Source: Octopus vulgaris (lineage: Eukaryota). Taken from it: a DNA stretch of 64,000 bases. The notes under the pieces are model-generated. The model had not been told where the DNA came from. It made no database searches and was given only the letters and a program-made list of their open reading frames with translations. Positions 51,153-64,000 of this stretch are shown here, in pieces. A program made the position numbers and the translations under genes. The first letter of the stretch is position 1. Each line of letters starts with the position of its first letter. The DNA lies in the NCBI GenBank assembly GCA_951406725.2, contig OX597835.1:1860001-1924000 (forward strand), written 5' to 3'.

Positions 51153-52294
51153 AAAAAAGAATTAGTTCACATTCTCAAGAAAGTTTATATAATTCTTATG
51201 ACATTAACAATATATATATATATATATAAATATATATATATCCCACTTAAAATAGCTTTGGCAGTTAAGTGCTGAAAATCCGACCCTAGTCCGTGATGTC
51301 ATCAGACCAGAATAATATTGGTTAACTGAGTATTGGTTCCTCAAAACAAAATTCAGCTCAATATACACATGTACACATAAACCAAACAATATTGGGTTGT
51401 CTTTAATTATACAAGTCAAATAATGCTACTTGATTGTTGACTTCTACATAATGTAGAAATTCCTTAAGCTTCATGGTTGTTTTTGATTTGATACAAACAC
51501 AGATTGTCACAGAAAATTCACTTGTAAGTTCATTCATAATTTGCAACTTCTGATATGGCAGTGAAATGGGTACAGAACATTTGTTCCTTAATATTAGTAA
51601 GACATTGGTACAGTTTCATGCAATAAAAGGTATTGTCTAGTCTAGTTGGTAAGAGGATTAGAAAATTTGAGTTTGAAAACAAGTTTATTATTGTACTAAA
51701 AATCTATATTATTTCTATAGAATTTGGTGGCTGTGTTATTGGTAGGGATTATAATAATTCTTTCTTTTTTTTTTATCTAAATTACAAACATTACAACAAT
51801 TTCATTGGACAATTTAAATAAGAATTTGAAATCAGAAAAGATACAACTGAATTATAGAGTAACTTATTGAGCACTCTTTCCAATCATGAAACATTAAATC
51901 TTGACTTAGACTACTTTAAAAATTGGTCAGTGAAAATATATAAAGTTCATGAAAATAAGAAAATTTGCTTAATATCTAAGTAATTAGTAATTAGTTAAAA
52001 CAGTAACAACAGTTATTAGTAACTTGAAAAATTTTATCATGGTCAAACAAAATGTATTAGATTTTTTTTTTTTGTCTGAAGTAATGTAATGTAAAATAGC
52101 TTAAGCATAATTGATAGGGTAGAGTTGTAGCTAATTATTTATCATATGGCAATTTTTCAACAGGAACTACAAATAAATTAATTTAAATAATTATAAAACA
52201 TATAACTGTTCATTTACATTAACATGTCTCTAATATTGTTACACTATTTTTGAGAGTAAATATATTTTAAATTAAAAAGTCCAGATTTACTTAC

Positions 52295-52436
52295 TGCCAT
52301 AATCGCCACTGGGAGAGGCTGCCACAGCTACTTGATCAGATCGCATACGGCCAGCAGTGGTCGTACCTTGTAATCCTCTAGCTGTCGAGCTGTACATTTT
52401 GCGATCTCTATCAAAATCATCATTTGACCTACCTCC
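52295..52436 (-). CDS. CSNK1D: CK1 delta/epsilon proximal tail exon, 142 bp: GGRSNDDFDRDRKMYSSTARGLQGTTTAGRMRSDQVAVAASPSGDYG
   Basis: Acceptor tttttgtcttgcag, phase-1 donor A|gtaagt; resembles the vertebrate tail segment (TRGLPSTASGRLR-like). Confidence 0.92.
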
Positions 52437-53124
52437 CTGCAAGACAAAAAAAAAAACATTCATTAACCAAGAATCAATCTTGCTTTTTCTGTCTATCAAA
52501 AGCTTTTCAGGCAATGAGCCAAAGAGGGAACTTCTACATGGTTTCTTGACATGGAAGCAATAGCAACCAACTATCCTTTAAATTACAGACTGCTGTCTTG
52601 GACAACACACTAAATAATGTAGTCCTAGAAACACAATGCTTGGGAAAAATATAGAAAAAAAAACAGGATGGTCACATTTGGAACACTACTGACAATCAGT
52701 GTCAGCATGGGATTATATTATATGCCCTGGTGCAGTACCAGGCAGTGGCTCTCATGGCTTCTGACCTTAACTGATTGGAAGTGTTATCAGGTACATTGTT
52801 TTGTCTTGGTATAAAAGATGGTCTACAGCAAATATTCTGCTCAATACTACAGATTTGCTTGTCAGTTGTTTGACCGTAACCAGTTGACCATGTCCCTTAG
52901 TGGCTGACGATATGTGCATCTCTGATCATGAGCAGAAGTTGTGGGGGAGTGTTGCAAGGGTTGACTGTACTATTGTATAAGGGTTCTGCAACAAAATAAC
53001 CACTGCAATAAAATACAGGGCTTGGTGATCCGTTAAATCATGTTGAAAAACAGTTAAGATCGAGACAGAAATTATTTTCCTGAAAACATTTCTGCTAATA
53101 CATCATTTATAAAGATATACTTAC

Positions 53125-53273
53125 AAATTTTAGCAAGTTCCAGTCAAAGACATAGTCATAAGTAAATCCTTGACGGTGGAAGAGATTTCTAAATAGCTGC
53201 CTCAAATAGGAATAATCTGGTTTATCATCAAACCGTAAGGACCGACAGAAATTTAAGTATGTTGCAAATTCCG
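53125..53273 (-). CDS. CSNK1D: CK1 delta/epsilon exon, 149 bp, end of kinase domain: [50 protein letters not shown]
   Basis: Acceptor ttttcttttacag, phase-0 donor TTT|gtaagt; near-identical to the CK1 delta/epsilon C-lobe end. Confidence 0.98.
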
Positions 53274-54671
53274 CTGTAAAAGAAAAAAAATAATTGCAAA
53301 ATTAGATTAAAGAACAGCACCTATGATTCTTTCCAGAGGTCCCAAAAAACTGATTGGAGGTAAATGGAGGATGGGCTGTTCTCAGGCAGGATATCTGACA
53401 CATAATTGCCATAGAATGGATGTCAGGGTCAGGTGGTACTGCTAAATTGGGTAATGAATTAAGTCTACCATCAAAGATGAACTTCCACACAGTTTCCCTC
53501 TTAGGAGAATCAAACCAGAAATTTTGTAACTGTGAAACATACTTCCTTAGTCCAACAATCATACCAGCAACCAGCTATCATAATACAAAAGGAAATTACC
53601 TTTCTATTAAAGTAGTTTAAAATGTGTTCAGGGAAAGATTTTGCAACTGGAATTATTGCACACCCCCTGCTCGAGCATCCTCTCCCAAATAAAAAGAAAT
53701 TTTAGGGACATTTTTTTTACCAGTTTATATCCTTCATTGATTTATAATAATAATAATGTATACAGTGCCCAGGCGCACTACAACTGGTCAGAAGCCCCCC
53801 ATTTTTATATTTCAAAAATCACAAAAACTGAAATAGACATTGCTTCATCACTAATTGTTCTGTAAGTCAAATATTAATATAAAAGATATTATTTTTATGA
53901 TATTATTTCAGTCATTTCAAGGCTTTTAGTTGATTACATTGAATCCAATGCCTTATATTATTGATCTTTACTTAATGAAACACCAATAGTTATTGATATA
54001 TATATATATATATAAATGCAACAGGACACCAGTAGAGAAAAACTAATTTGGACAACTATACATGAATATATACATACAGTGGACTTCTGAAAAGTTTCTG
54101 CTGGTCAAATTTCACTCACAAGATTTCAGTCAACACAAAGCGATAGAAGACAATTGTCCAAAGTGATGCGCAATGGGTTGCAAAATGAACTTCTTAGCCA
54201 CACACACGACATCATTAGTAAAAAAAAAAATGTTCTTCTTTTGTTTTCCAAATGCTGTTCTTTTAGCAAATTATTTAGGTTTATATATATACTGGAGAGA
54301 ACAGAGATCAAATGGAAGACTGAGCGCCTAAAAAATTACAAATTACACAGAAAGTAAAATCAATTCTGTGAAATGAAATGCCAAAGAACTCCATTAGCAC
54401 ATTAATGTAGTTGTACTTGTTAAAGTCAGTAATCTTGAGAGAAGCGGGTACGGTAATCAATATTGTTGATCCCGTAGTTGACTGGTACTTATTTTATCAA
54501 CTCAAAGGGATAAAAGGTTTGAACTGAGATAGTAAAATGCTGGAAGAAATATTGCAACACATTTTGTCCAATGCTCCTGTTTCTGCCGATTCACCACTCT
54601 CTGGTCGCTATAGTAACAATGAAGAATGCATTTGGATCTACACTACATTGAGACAAACATGCTTGTACACC

Positions 54672-55034
54672 TTTTATCTTTTACATGTTCCAGTCATACT
54701 GGGGCACCATCTTAAAGGGTTTAGTCAAACAAATTGAACTTGGTACATATTCTTTTCAAATCTGCCACTTTTCTAAAAGTGTCTTTTGCTGATCCACGAA
54801 GTTCTTGAGATGTAAATAAACCATCACCAGTTGTCAAACTTGGGGGAGAACACACACACACACACACACACACACGACTGACACCCACACAGTTTCTGTC
54901 TACAAATTCTTTCACAAGGCATTAGTTGGCCTGGGACTACGGAAGACACTTGCCTAAGGTGCTACACAGTGGGACTGAACTCAAAACCATAAGGTTGCAA
55001 GCAAGCTTTTTAACCATACAGCCATGCCTGTACC
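54672..55034 (-). mobile_element. Decayed CORE-like SINE
   Basis: gaagacacttgcctaaggtgc...gggactgaac...cagccatgcctg. Confidence 0.75.
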
Positions 55035-56050
55035 AATGTTAACTTTTTATTTTATATAACTGGGACAAATATCTGACCAGATTATATAAAAGAATTGGGA
55101 AAATAGTTCCTATTAAACACAGCCCAACTTATAACTGATGTGAAACAACAAAATCAAGACATTTATGAAATATAACCAAAAAAAGCAAAACCCAAAAAAC
55201 TGGATAAGATAGTAAGATAATCTAAAAGGAAGTAGCAAAGTCAACAGAATTTAGAGAAAGCACCAATCATGGTTACTTCATCTAACAGTTTTTGTCCATG
55301 CTTGAAGAGAGAAATACAGGCCACACCTAGCATCTTCGCAGCATGTGTACTGAAACATATGTAACCTGAGTAAGGTTGCTAATTTAAGAAATTTTTTCAT
55401 TTATTTATTATTATTATTATTTATTTTTTATTTTTTTTGAGGGGTGGAGTCTGAATAACCAAATTTCTCTTTAAATAAGACATGTAGTGTTTGCAGAAGA
55501 GGAAAATTACTGTTGCTAGTCTTTGATGATATCAATTCTTTGCAACTATACTTTTTCTTTTTCTCTTAATTTTTTTGATGCCAATCCTAGAGACCATATC
55601 TGGTTCTGTTGTACAACGTCACCTGTTTCAAAATGTTTAATTGAAGCCAATTGATTTTGTACTTCTATTTGGAATAACTTATCCATAACGTAAATGATGT
55701 TATAAGGTTTTTTTTCTTTTTTTAGGAACATGATATTGCAAGATTTTTCTCACGCTTCCTTGCTTAGACAAATGACTCACTATCACTACACACCTTAAGA
55801 ATCATGATCAAGAGTGGAATACCTTTGATTGCAGGTTTTTCTCCATCAGGGATGACACAGGGCTTACCAAAAACTAAACTAGGACTCTTCAATGATATTT
55901 ATTAAAAAGAAAACTATTTCAAACAACAATTAATACTACAAGAGACTTCACTTAGAATTCTAGAAATCCATCTTTTTTGGCAACCTGACCAGAATGCTTC
56001 CCAGTCTAAACGTTCTAAAGCCTGATTAAGGAGAAACTTTACTTCCTCTT

Positions 56051-56538
56051 TTAACCCTTTGGCATTTAAACCAGCCACATCAAGCCCAAACATTTTACCT
56101 GTTTCATGTTCAAAACAGCCAAATTCAGTCTATCACACCCTACAAAGTCATTCTAAAAATAAACAATCACAGCATCAAAATCTCAAGGCTACAAAATCAT
56201 AATCAATAAGCATTATATTTGACAAGTGAGGTCGTTGCCAGTGCCGCTGGACTGACTCCGGTGCTGGTGGCACATAAAAAACACCACTTGAGCGTGGCCG
56301 TTGCCAGTACCACCTGACTGGCCCTCGTGCTGGTGGCACATAAAAGTACTCACTACACTCTCGGAGTGGTTGGAGTTAGGAAGGGCATCCAGCTGTAGAA
56401 ACTCTGCCAAAACAAGATTGGAGACTGGTGCAACCATCTGGTTCACCAGTCCTCAGTCAAATCGTCCAACCCATGCTAGCATGGAAAGCAGACGTTAAAC
56501 AACAACAACAACAAACAATCTGAACACGAAAGGGTTAA
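56051..56538. mobile_element. piggyBac-like MITE (TTAA-CCCTTT ... AAAGGG-TTAA) interrupted by an RTE-tail repeat at ~56225-56515
   Basis: TTAA target sites, CCC/GGG termini and a nested insertion. Confidence 0.7.
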
Positions 56539-56947
56539 AGGACCAACAATATTCCATCCGGTCATCCATCTTCTCTGCTCATTATCATTATGAAAGTTGA
56601 GGGAATAGAGTTCTCAAGCAGCTCTTCTATAGAGTCCTATCATTAAACATACAACACTATTCATGAGTCAAATGCCAGCTTGGTGCCAACAACCATTAAT
56701 AATAATACACTATCTTTAAATTAATGATTGTAAGCAGGACAAAATTACTGTGCACATCCAACACCACATTCAGATGAAATTTCAAAATTGAAAATACCAA
56801 GCTCATGAAAGGTTTAAAGTAAAAAAAGCAGGAATAAAAGTAAAGAAAAAATTTGAATTGGACAGAACTCAAGGAAACTGAAGTACATGAAATAACCGTG
56901 TTAACACAAAGCGGAGACAAATGCAAAAACTGGTTACAATTACTTAC

Positions 56948-57118
56948 AAGGAAATCCTTTACAAAGCTCTTCAATAGGTGTTGACATTTTCTTTTCACTA
57001 ATTCTTTCATATTTTTGTCGTTTGGTTGCTGCTTTCAATCCCTGCCATGGCAAGCTTCCTCTCAAAAAATACATGAAAACATATCCTAATGATTCCATGT
57101 CATCTCGTCTACTTTGCT
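56948..57118 (-). CDS. CSNK1D: CK1 delta/epsilon exon, 171 bp: [57 protein letters not shown]
   Basis: Lies in ORF 56940..57149; acceptor attttcag, donor T|gtaagt; SRRDD and LPWQGL are CK1 signatures. Confidence 0.98.
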
Positions 57119-57879
57119 CTGAAAATATTGGTAACACATTAATTAGCAAAAGAAAACAACAAAATCACAAAGATAACATCATTTCCATTTTTTTATCATT
57201 CTTTTGATACTGATGGATGGCAGCATCCATAAAGTAATGGTACACCACAAGTACGGCATTTCTAATCACATCCTCATAAATTATGAAGTCTTTTTGCAAA
57301 AAAGATGACCAAATGAACAGCTTCAGTATTTATTGTTCTTCACCATTGTAAGAGAGTATTTGTATTTCTTCGTTCTGACTTGTGTAGAAAAATAATATTT
57401 TGGGAAACTAATAAAGATTAAGGATGGTGGGTGAATGACTGAATCTATGTATGCATGCACACACGCATATATATGATGGCTGCAACCTGATTTTGAGCAA
57501 TGCCACTGCTTGGTTGTTTTTGTAATGCTGCATGGATGTGGTAACAAAGAGTAGTAATTCCTGCAGTGGGTCTTCGCAGAGCTTATCACCCATGCTGACG
57601 CAGGCCTTCATTCCACTATGGGAGTTTTCATTGTAGGTTTTGATTTTTTTTGGGCTTTGGTCAATAACACTTTATCATTTAAACAGCCTTATCAGACCCA
57701 AATATTATACCTTTTTAATGTTCATACTGGCTGGATCTAGCCTCTCACACCTATCCAATAACATCATCCTAAAAATAAACAATCACATCATTGAAGTCTC
57801 GAAGTTACGAGATAATGCATCATTGCTTCAAAATGATGTGAGTAAATAAGCCCTGCATTTGACAGAATAATCTGAATGT

Positions 57880-58043
57880 GCAGAAGTGTTTGTTCGACCA
57901 GGTGCTGCTGGCTTAATTGCGCACGACTCAAGTTAGAGAAGGGGTGCGTATTATACATAAGGTTTAGGTTTTCCAGAGGTACAGCCCCCTAAAAATCCCC
58001 TGCGTATTATACTCAAGGGCGGACTATACTTGCGGATTTACGG
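57880..58043. mobile_element. Terminal fragment of a pogo/Tc1-like DNA transposon
   Basis: Repeated tgcgtattatac motifs and an end cggactatacttgcggatttacgg|ta with a TA target. Confidence 0.5.
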
Positions 58044-59290
58044 TAATTTTTTTTACCAGCTGAGTGGAGTGCAGCATGAAATAAAGTGTCTCACTCAAGA
58101 ACACCATGTGCCACCAGATACTGGAGCCAAAATCATGAGCTGAATATTCTTCTTAACCAGTAAACCATGTGCTTCCACATGCCAGAAACAGTATTGCTGC
58201 TGTTAAACAGATAAAAAATAATTTACATGTCTTGCAAGAACTCATCCACTAAGAACAGCAAAACACTCAATCCTCATTAGTTGCATTTCCAAAAAAGTCA
58301 AAAACTACCATTCTGCCAAACATTCTTTTGTTCTTCAAAAAACCTCAACTTACTAAATAGATAAATATTACATTTCTAATTTTATCTCCAACTCTCCTCT
58401 TTTGGAACAGAGGTGTATTGGAGTTATTTGGAACCTGCTCAGGGCTGAAGACATCCAGGCTTTACCATTTTTTTTTTTTTTCCTACATGAATCTAAATTA
58501 GGGTAAAATTTGTGTCCATCAGACAAATACATTCTTGTGACAACAAGAAAAAGTCACCACCTATCAAGACAGCAACACAATGAAAGCTAGTTCGTTGTTA
58601 CCTTTTTGTTTATTACTACAATAAGCACCAATACTCTCTCTCGTCTCATCAAAATAGCACTCCCACCCACTCCTCCAATCTCCAGCTCTTGTTACCTTTA
58701 TTCCCAGACTTACCAAATGTTGTCCTATCCTTTATTGTCCCAGAACATTCTTATAAAATTTCCTTTCAAATGCACAATTTTATTCATCACTAGCTTGTAA
58801 TCATATAAAACTTTCTAAGTCCACACTAATCACAAATCTTTTCATTTAAACGACTGTTTTTGTTGTTGGGTGTTAGCGCTATGCAAACTATACTTCTTGT
58901 GCCAGTGTAAGGTGGTGGTGGGGGAACCAGATTGTACTTCAATGTATATCCTAGTACTGGATTTTACATATTGCTGTTGTTAACCACACTGCTACAAATA
59001 TGAATTGAACTTCTTATCATGCTAAATGGCTAAAGTAAGCAGAGTTATATATCTTGTTTACAATTACACAATACAAAAGCTGTAATGATTTCTTTTAAAG
59101 CATTGACTATGCCGTCCAGGCCTCTTACACCCATTGTCCACACACACAAAATTACCCATCAATAAATTATTAATCTTGCCATGAATTTTTTTTTTCAAAT
59201 CTTTCATTTCTTGTAACAAAATTCTTCACAACGAGACCAATGACAACGATTAATGATGGTGGTGATAATGAAAATGAAGTCGTTACTTAC

Positions 59291-59519
59291 CTATTCCTAA
59301 ATGTGTGTTTATACTAGCATATCTTGCTGTGCCAGTTAAGTTTTTATTTTCTCGATAAGAAATATGTTGGTGAGACCTTGGATCCCTGTACTTTTTAGCA
59401 AGTCCAAAGTCAATAATATAGACTAAATTTCCCTTTTTCCCTAATCCCATGAGAAAATTATCCGGTTTGACATCTCGATGGATGAAATTTTTTGAATGAA
59501 TATACTCAATCCGACTTAT
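59291..59519 (-). CDS. CSNK1D: CK1 delta/epsilon exon, 229 bp, catalytic loop and activation segment: [76 protein letters not shown]
   Basis: Acceptor ttctaacttcag, donor G|gtaagt; [11 protein letters not shown] and the CK1-specific SIN motif are present. Confidence 0.98.
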
Positions 59520-60481
59520 CTGAAGTTAGAAAAATAAAAAATAGTTAATATTTTAAGGTCTTTAAGTGTGCATATCAAAATATTAAGGATAGAATACATC
59601 TGATCTTTAAACTGAAATAAGATGGGTTTATGAAGCTGCAATATTTGTTGTGATGAAATGTTAAAAAAAAAAAAAAGAAAAAGAAAAAAGAAAAAAAAGA
59701 AGCATATTTGATGCTTTCCAAAATGGCCAAAATTTTCGTTTAACATTTTTCATGATACAGCATATATACAATACATACTGTGTTGTATACTTGCTACATT
59801 ATATACTATATACAAATATTCTGGCAAACCTGAAACAATAATGCTTACCATTTTCTTTGAATACTTATGAAAATTATCTTCCTTAAAATATCTAAAATAT
59901 CTTTAAATGCTCTAATTTGCTCCTCAATCTCTCTGCGAAACCAAAAATACAATTTATTTTAAAATCAAACATTCAAAACACTGAACCCGACACAGCTCAC
60001 ACAAAGGGAGAGATTCCCAAAATCTGAACTGAACCAATGTGCTGACATTTCCAAAATACCATCAACCCATGAAAATATTAGACATTAACACCTGGCTTAC
60101 CACCTATAGAAGTGGAACCACGTAGTTATCACCTGCCAGTCAACTACATAACTAATTACATGACACAGCACCAGCCATTATTACATCTTCCCAAATTTCA
60201 ATTATGAAAGATTTTACAACAGCGCAGAATGTTATTCTCAACATTTTTGACAGTAAATTCTTCCAAATTGTACACCGCAATCTTATCTTTCACACACGTA
60301 TACGTAACCATTAGAGAGATAAATAATTTGCGGTGCTCCAGCATGGATGCAGTCAAATAACTGGAACAAGTAAAAGAATCTAAGATTAAATAAAAATAAG
60401 TAGAATTATCTAATTTGACCAGATGTGCTCAGTATTTGACTTCAAATCAAATTATCAGTCATTGCTCTGTTTACTGACTAT

Positions 60482-60535
60482 GTAGTAGTAGTAGTAGTAG
60501 TAGTAGTAGCAGTAGTAGTAGTAGTACTATTACTA
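60482..60535. repeat. (GTA)n microsatellite
   Basis: Direct inspection. Confidence 0.8.
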
Positions 60536-63319
60536 CTTGATAGTAATGCCTGATACAAGAAATGTCATCCAAGCATAAAACAAGTGGTTTCCATATGTAC
60601 ACTGATAAGATCTTAGCAACTCTAGACCAATTTCCTCATTCCTTCATTAATATCTCTGATAAATTTAAAGGCTAAAGCTGAGCAGAATCAATTTTTCTCC
60701 ATTTACAATCTTATATTTAATAATATTCCATAACAAAACAAAGTTTGCTCCCCTGTACAAAATTCTTTTTTCAATATTAACCATAAATTACCCAACTTGT
60801 GCAGTGTTCTTGTAAAAGAACAATCCTTTATCTTATTTGATTCTGAAATCCAAATGGTATTTAATGTTTTGTAAAACATTTTGAATCTTGGACAAAAACA
60901 TTTTTCCAGGTAGTGAAATAAACTGTTTTACTTTGAGAATCACTTCTCAGCCAATTAATCGACTTCTCTGGGACTGAGTCAACTTAAGAGCAGATATGTG
61001 GTTACTCAACTTGCTAAAAACAAACAGTTCTATTTTTAAGGAAGGACACCAATAACAGAATTAAATTCATTAGAACTGAAAGAAATTACAGAATGATCAG
61101 CTGAAATTCCTTCGCTCATAATTCTGCTGGGACTTAACGAGAACCCGAGTTTTGTAACTGGATGCTTAATTTTAAAATCATTTGAAATTTCAGATATCTT
61201 TAAAAACTAAACTTATCCATCGTAGTCAGAATCACAGCTTAATCCTTTTATCACCCCACCCTCCACCTACCTTGCTTCTAAACAACAATTCATAGACAAC
61301 TAGTTTTATAAGATTCAGGATCTTGTACAAGTATATTCTTTGGATTCCACTTGTAACAGTAATTCATTTACATCTAACAAGACACTGACATTTATTTTAT
61401 GGTTCTCAGTCTGCCAAAAGGTCACCATTACAATCAGTGTTTCGAATCACTATATTGATGAGTATTGTAGTAATATAAACGAAATAGAAAATAAACATTG
61501 AAAACACCTAATACCATCACATAAATGCACAGATGATAACACATACACACGCACACAGAATTTTTACTGTAACTAGACAAACTAATTTGGTTGCCTCCTT
61601 CACTAGAGATAACTAGAGATAACCTACAAATACCAATCCTAATAATTTTGTAGCCATTTCACAACACACAGCTACCCTTTCTTCCTCGTCATAATGTCTG
61701 GAGTAGGATTAGTCAATATCAGATTGCAATATAACTTGGACAATTTTACAAAAGGCAATATTAAAAGAAAATCCTTCAGGCAACTGTATATATATATATA
61801 TATATATATATTTTACCCAATATATTACAATCACCACTAAGTCAAAAATACAATGAAAAGAAATAAATACAAAAAACCCTTTTCAAATTTTGAAATTGTA
61901 CTTAATTGTACCCAAGAAGATCGAACCTCCACAACAGAAGGGTTAAGGCCACATCCCCTGATGTAGAGGATTGGCCTGCCATGTAAAAAGCGTTTTATGT
62001 CGGCACCATGTAGAAGCACTTGTGCCAGTGCCACATTAAAAGCATCCAGCTGTAGAAACGAAGCCGATTCACACTGGAACCTGGTGCAGCTCTTCATCTT
62101 GCAGGCTCTGGTCAAACCATCCAACCCATGCCAGTATGGAAAATGGACATTAAAGGATGAGGGAAAGTAGTCTCTGCAGATAGAACACACCTCTGAGGTC
62201 TATGCAGTCACTTAACTAGCTTAGAACAACCAGAATTTCCATGAAACCAAACCCTACTGTCTTGAAGACAGACTGGATTTACTTTCTGAGATACAAAAGG
62301 GAACAGTCATGGACAGAATGCCTGAAAGCAGTGCTCCGACATGGCCTTGGCTTTGCTGATTCAAAAGAAATGAAAGAACTTTGATTATAGGTCTGCGTGA
62401 GAGGAATTAATATCAGGCCCAAACAAAAACAATCAACAGTTAGAAAGGGAAACAAGAAAGTGTTCCTTCTGTATGACGACAGCCCCACCCCATTCAGGGA
62501 TCTCTATTGAAACACATTCACATGTGTTGCTGCAACACAGTGTAAGCCATCACTTTGTAAGGCCAGGATGTTGCTCTATGACAAGAATTTCATCAATCAA
62601 TATACATAGTCATGTTGAAACAAAAAGTGATTGGAGTGTGTGTGTGTGTGTGTGTGTGCTTGCATACATGTTGAGAACATACAAACATTAATTTGCCTGA
62701 GATAGTCACATGCTAAACATTTTAGCATCTTGAACATTCGTAATTGAAAGTAACTTAAGCAAGTTAAAAGTTTATTTCTCAGAATTTTAGCAAAATATCA
62801 GTTTCATAGTAAAATGTAGCATTTTCTGTTGTAAGCTGTAAGCAAATAACAAAAGCCAAAACACCATTCACTATTTCCATTTCAATAATTTTATGAATAA
62901 TCTGTGGCAAAGATATTAAAAATGTGCTGAATATAATAGCTGATTATTTTACATGTGATTCTAGTTGTTATGAAAACAATATTAGCACTTTTTATTATAT
63001 CAGATATTAAATGACAATTATTAGCAAATAAATAATAAAAAAACTGTTTCTTTCCGGGTAACATATTTATGTGAGAAAAAATGTCCCCACCTTTTCTGTT
63101 GCTTTACTTAGCACGACATATTCCAAATGGTATCATAATTTACAAACCAGCAGAGAATTTACCTCTCAATACACCCAATTCGTTTTATCATTTCTCTCCA
63201 ATAAATATCTTAAAACTAACAACTACAGTAATGGTTGTATTAGACTTTAAAAAAAAATTTTAACCAGAAGTTTCACAAAGAGCTGAAACAAACGTCAGAG
63301 AATGATGAGTGTATCTTTG

Positions 63320-63680
63320 AATTACTTCAGTCATCAGAATGTGGCCATATTGGGACACGACCTTGAAGACTTTAGTTGAGTCAATCGACCACAGAACACG
63401 TTTTTTTTTGTTCTTTTTAATAAAGCCTGGTACTTATTCTGTCAGCCTTTTTTACCATTGATGGGGAAAATTACAGCAATGTCACCACTCATAGCTGAAT
63501 GATTTTCACAAATATAAAGACATAAGGGATAAACACACTTATGCATGCACACACACACACAATTGCGAGGCTTCTCTCAGTTTCTACCTACCAAATCCAC
63601 TCACAAGGCTTTGGTGAATCCAGGGTTTGCAGTCAAAGACATTTGCCCATGATGCTGTAAAGTGTTATTGAATACATTCC
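63320..63680 (-). mobile_element. Decayed CORE-like SINE
   Basis: ccaaatccactcacaaggctttgg...agacatttgccca matches the family reverse complement. Confidence 0.7.
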
Positions 63681-63884
63681 CTACACTCTAGCTGCATTAA
63701 TTAGAAATATTACCTGTGAAAAGTCTCTCTCCATCAAAAAGGATATTTTCAGAAAGCAAATAAGTTTGGTGTAAAAATTCATAACAAAAGAATAAATGAA
63801 CAACACTAGTGACGAGGTTCAAATAGACATCAAAATATACCAATACAAAATAATTAAAAAAATTAAGGAATAGCAAATATTTAC

Positions 63885-64000
63885 CAACTGATCTGCAAGC
63901 AAAAGCACAGTTTTTGGACTGAATTTTCTTGAACAGAAATTAAATAGATCTTCAAGACTGGGACCAAGAAGCTCCATTACCATGACATTGTAATCGCCTT
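63885..64000 (-). CDS. CSNK1D: CK1 delta/epsilon exon (partial): [38 protein letters not shown]
   Basis: Manual minus-strand translation; phase-0 donor TTG|gtaaat at 63885/63884; the exon continues beyond the window. Confidence 0.96.

Larger units (their letters stand above)
21081..64000 (-). other. CSNK1D: Casein kinase 1 delta/epsilon gene span, 5'-truncated by the window end
   Basis: Six GT-AG-compatible exons join in frame to give a CK1 kinase domain ([19 protein letters not shown]...[12 protein letters not shown]...DFGLAKKY...SRRDD...DYVFDW) and a delta/epsilon-type tail containing RLHRG. Confidence 0.95.

Noticed and set aside
1-64000. CRISPR arrays, operons, rRNA or prokaryotic defence systems
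   Set aside because: The sequence is eukaryotic with spliceosomal introns; the only periodic repeats are microsatellites and dispersed transposons.

Overview
AT-rich, repeat-dense eukaryotic (animal) DNA. The SINE, RTE and mariner repertoire resembles coleoid cephalopod (Octopus-like) genomes; this assignment is inferred. The only intact gene is the 3' part of a casein kinase 1 delta/epsilon (CSNK1D/E, doubletime-like) gene on the minus strand. Its exons lie at 63885->64000 (truncated by the window), 59291-59519, 56948-57118, 53125-53273 and 52295-52436, with a terminal exon at 21081-21316. The 229/171/149-bp kinase exons and their intron phases match vertebrate CSNK1D/E as I recall it. The most interesting feature is the ~31-kb last intron (21317-52294). 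It holds a second well-supported terminal coding exon (35460-35719) and a series of shorter candidate terminal, poison or micro-exons. These would swap the autoinhibitory tail for different C-termini, including a PDZ-ligand-like -DSDV and a -CCN ending. The intron also carries several inverted-repeat structures that could form dsRNA. Positions 1-17 kb are intergenic and filled with decayed Gypsy, mariner/Tc1, RTE LINE, Helitron-like, MITE and SINE copies plus microsatellites.
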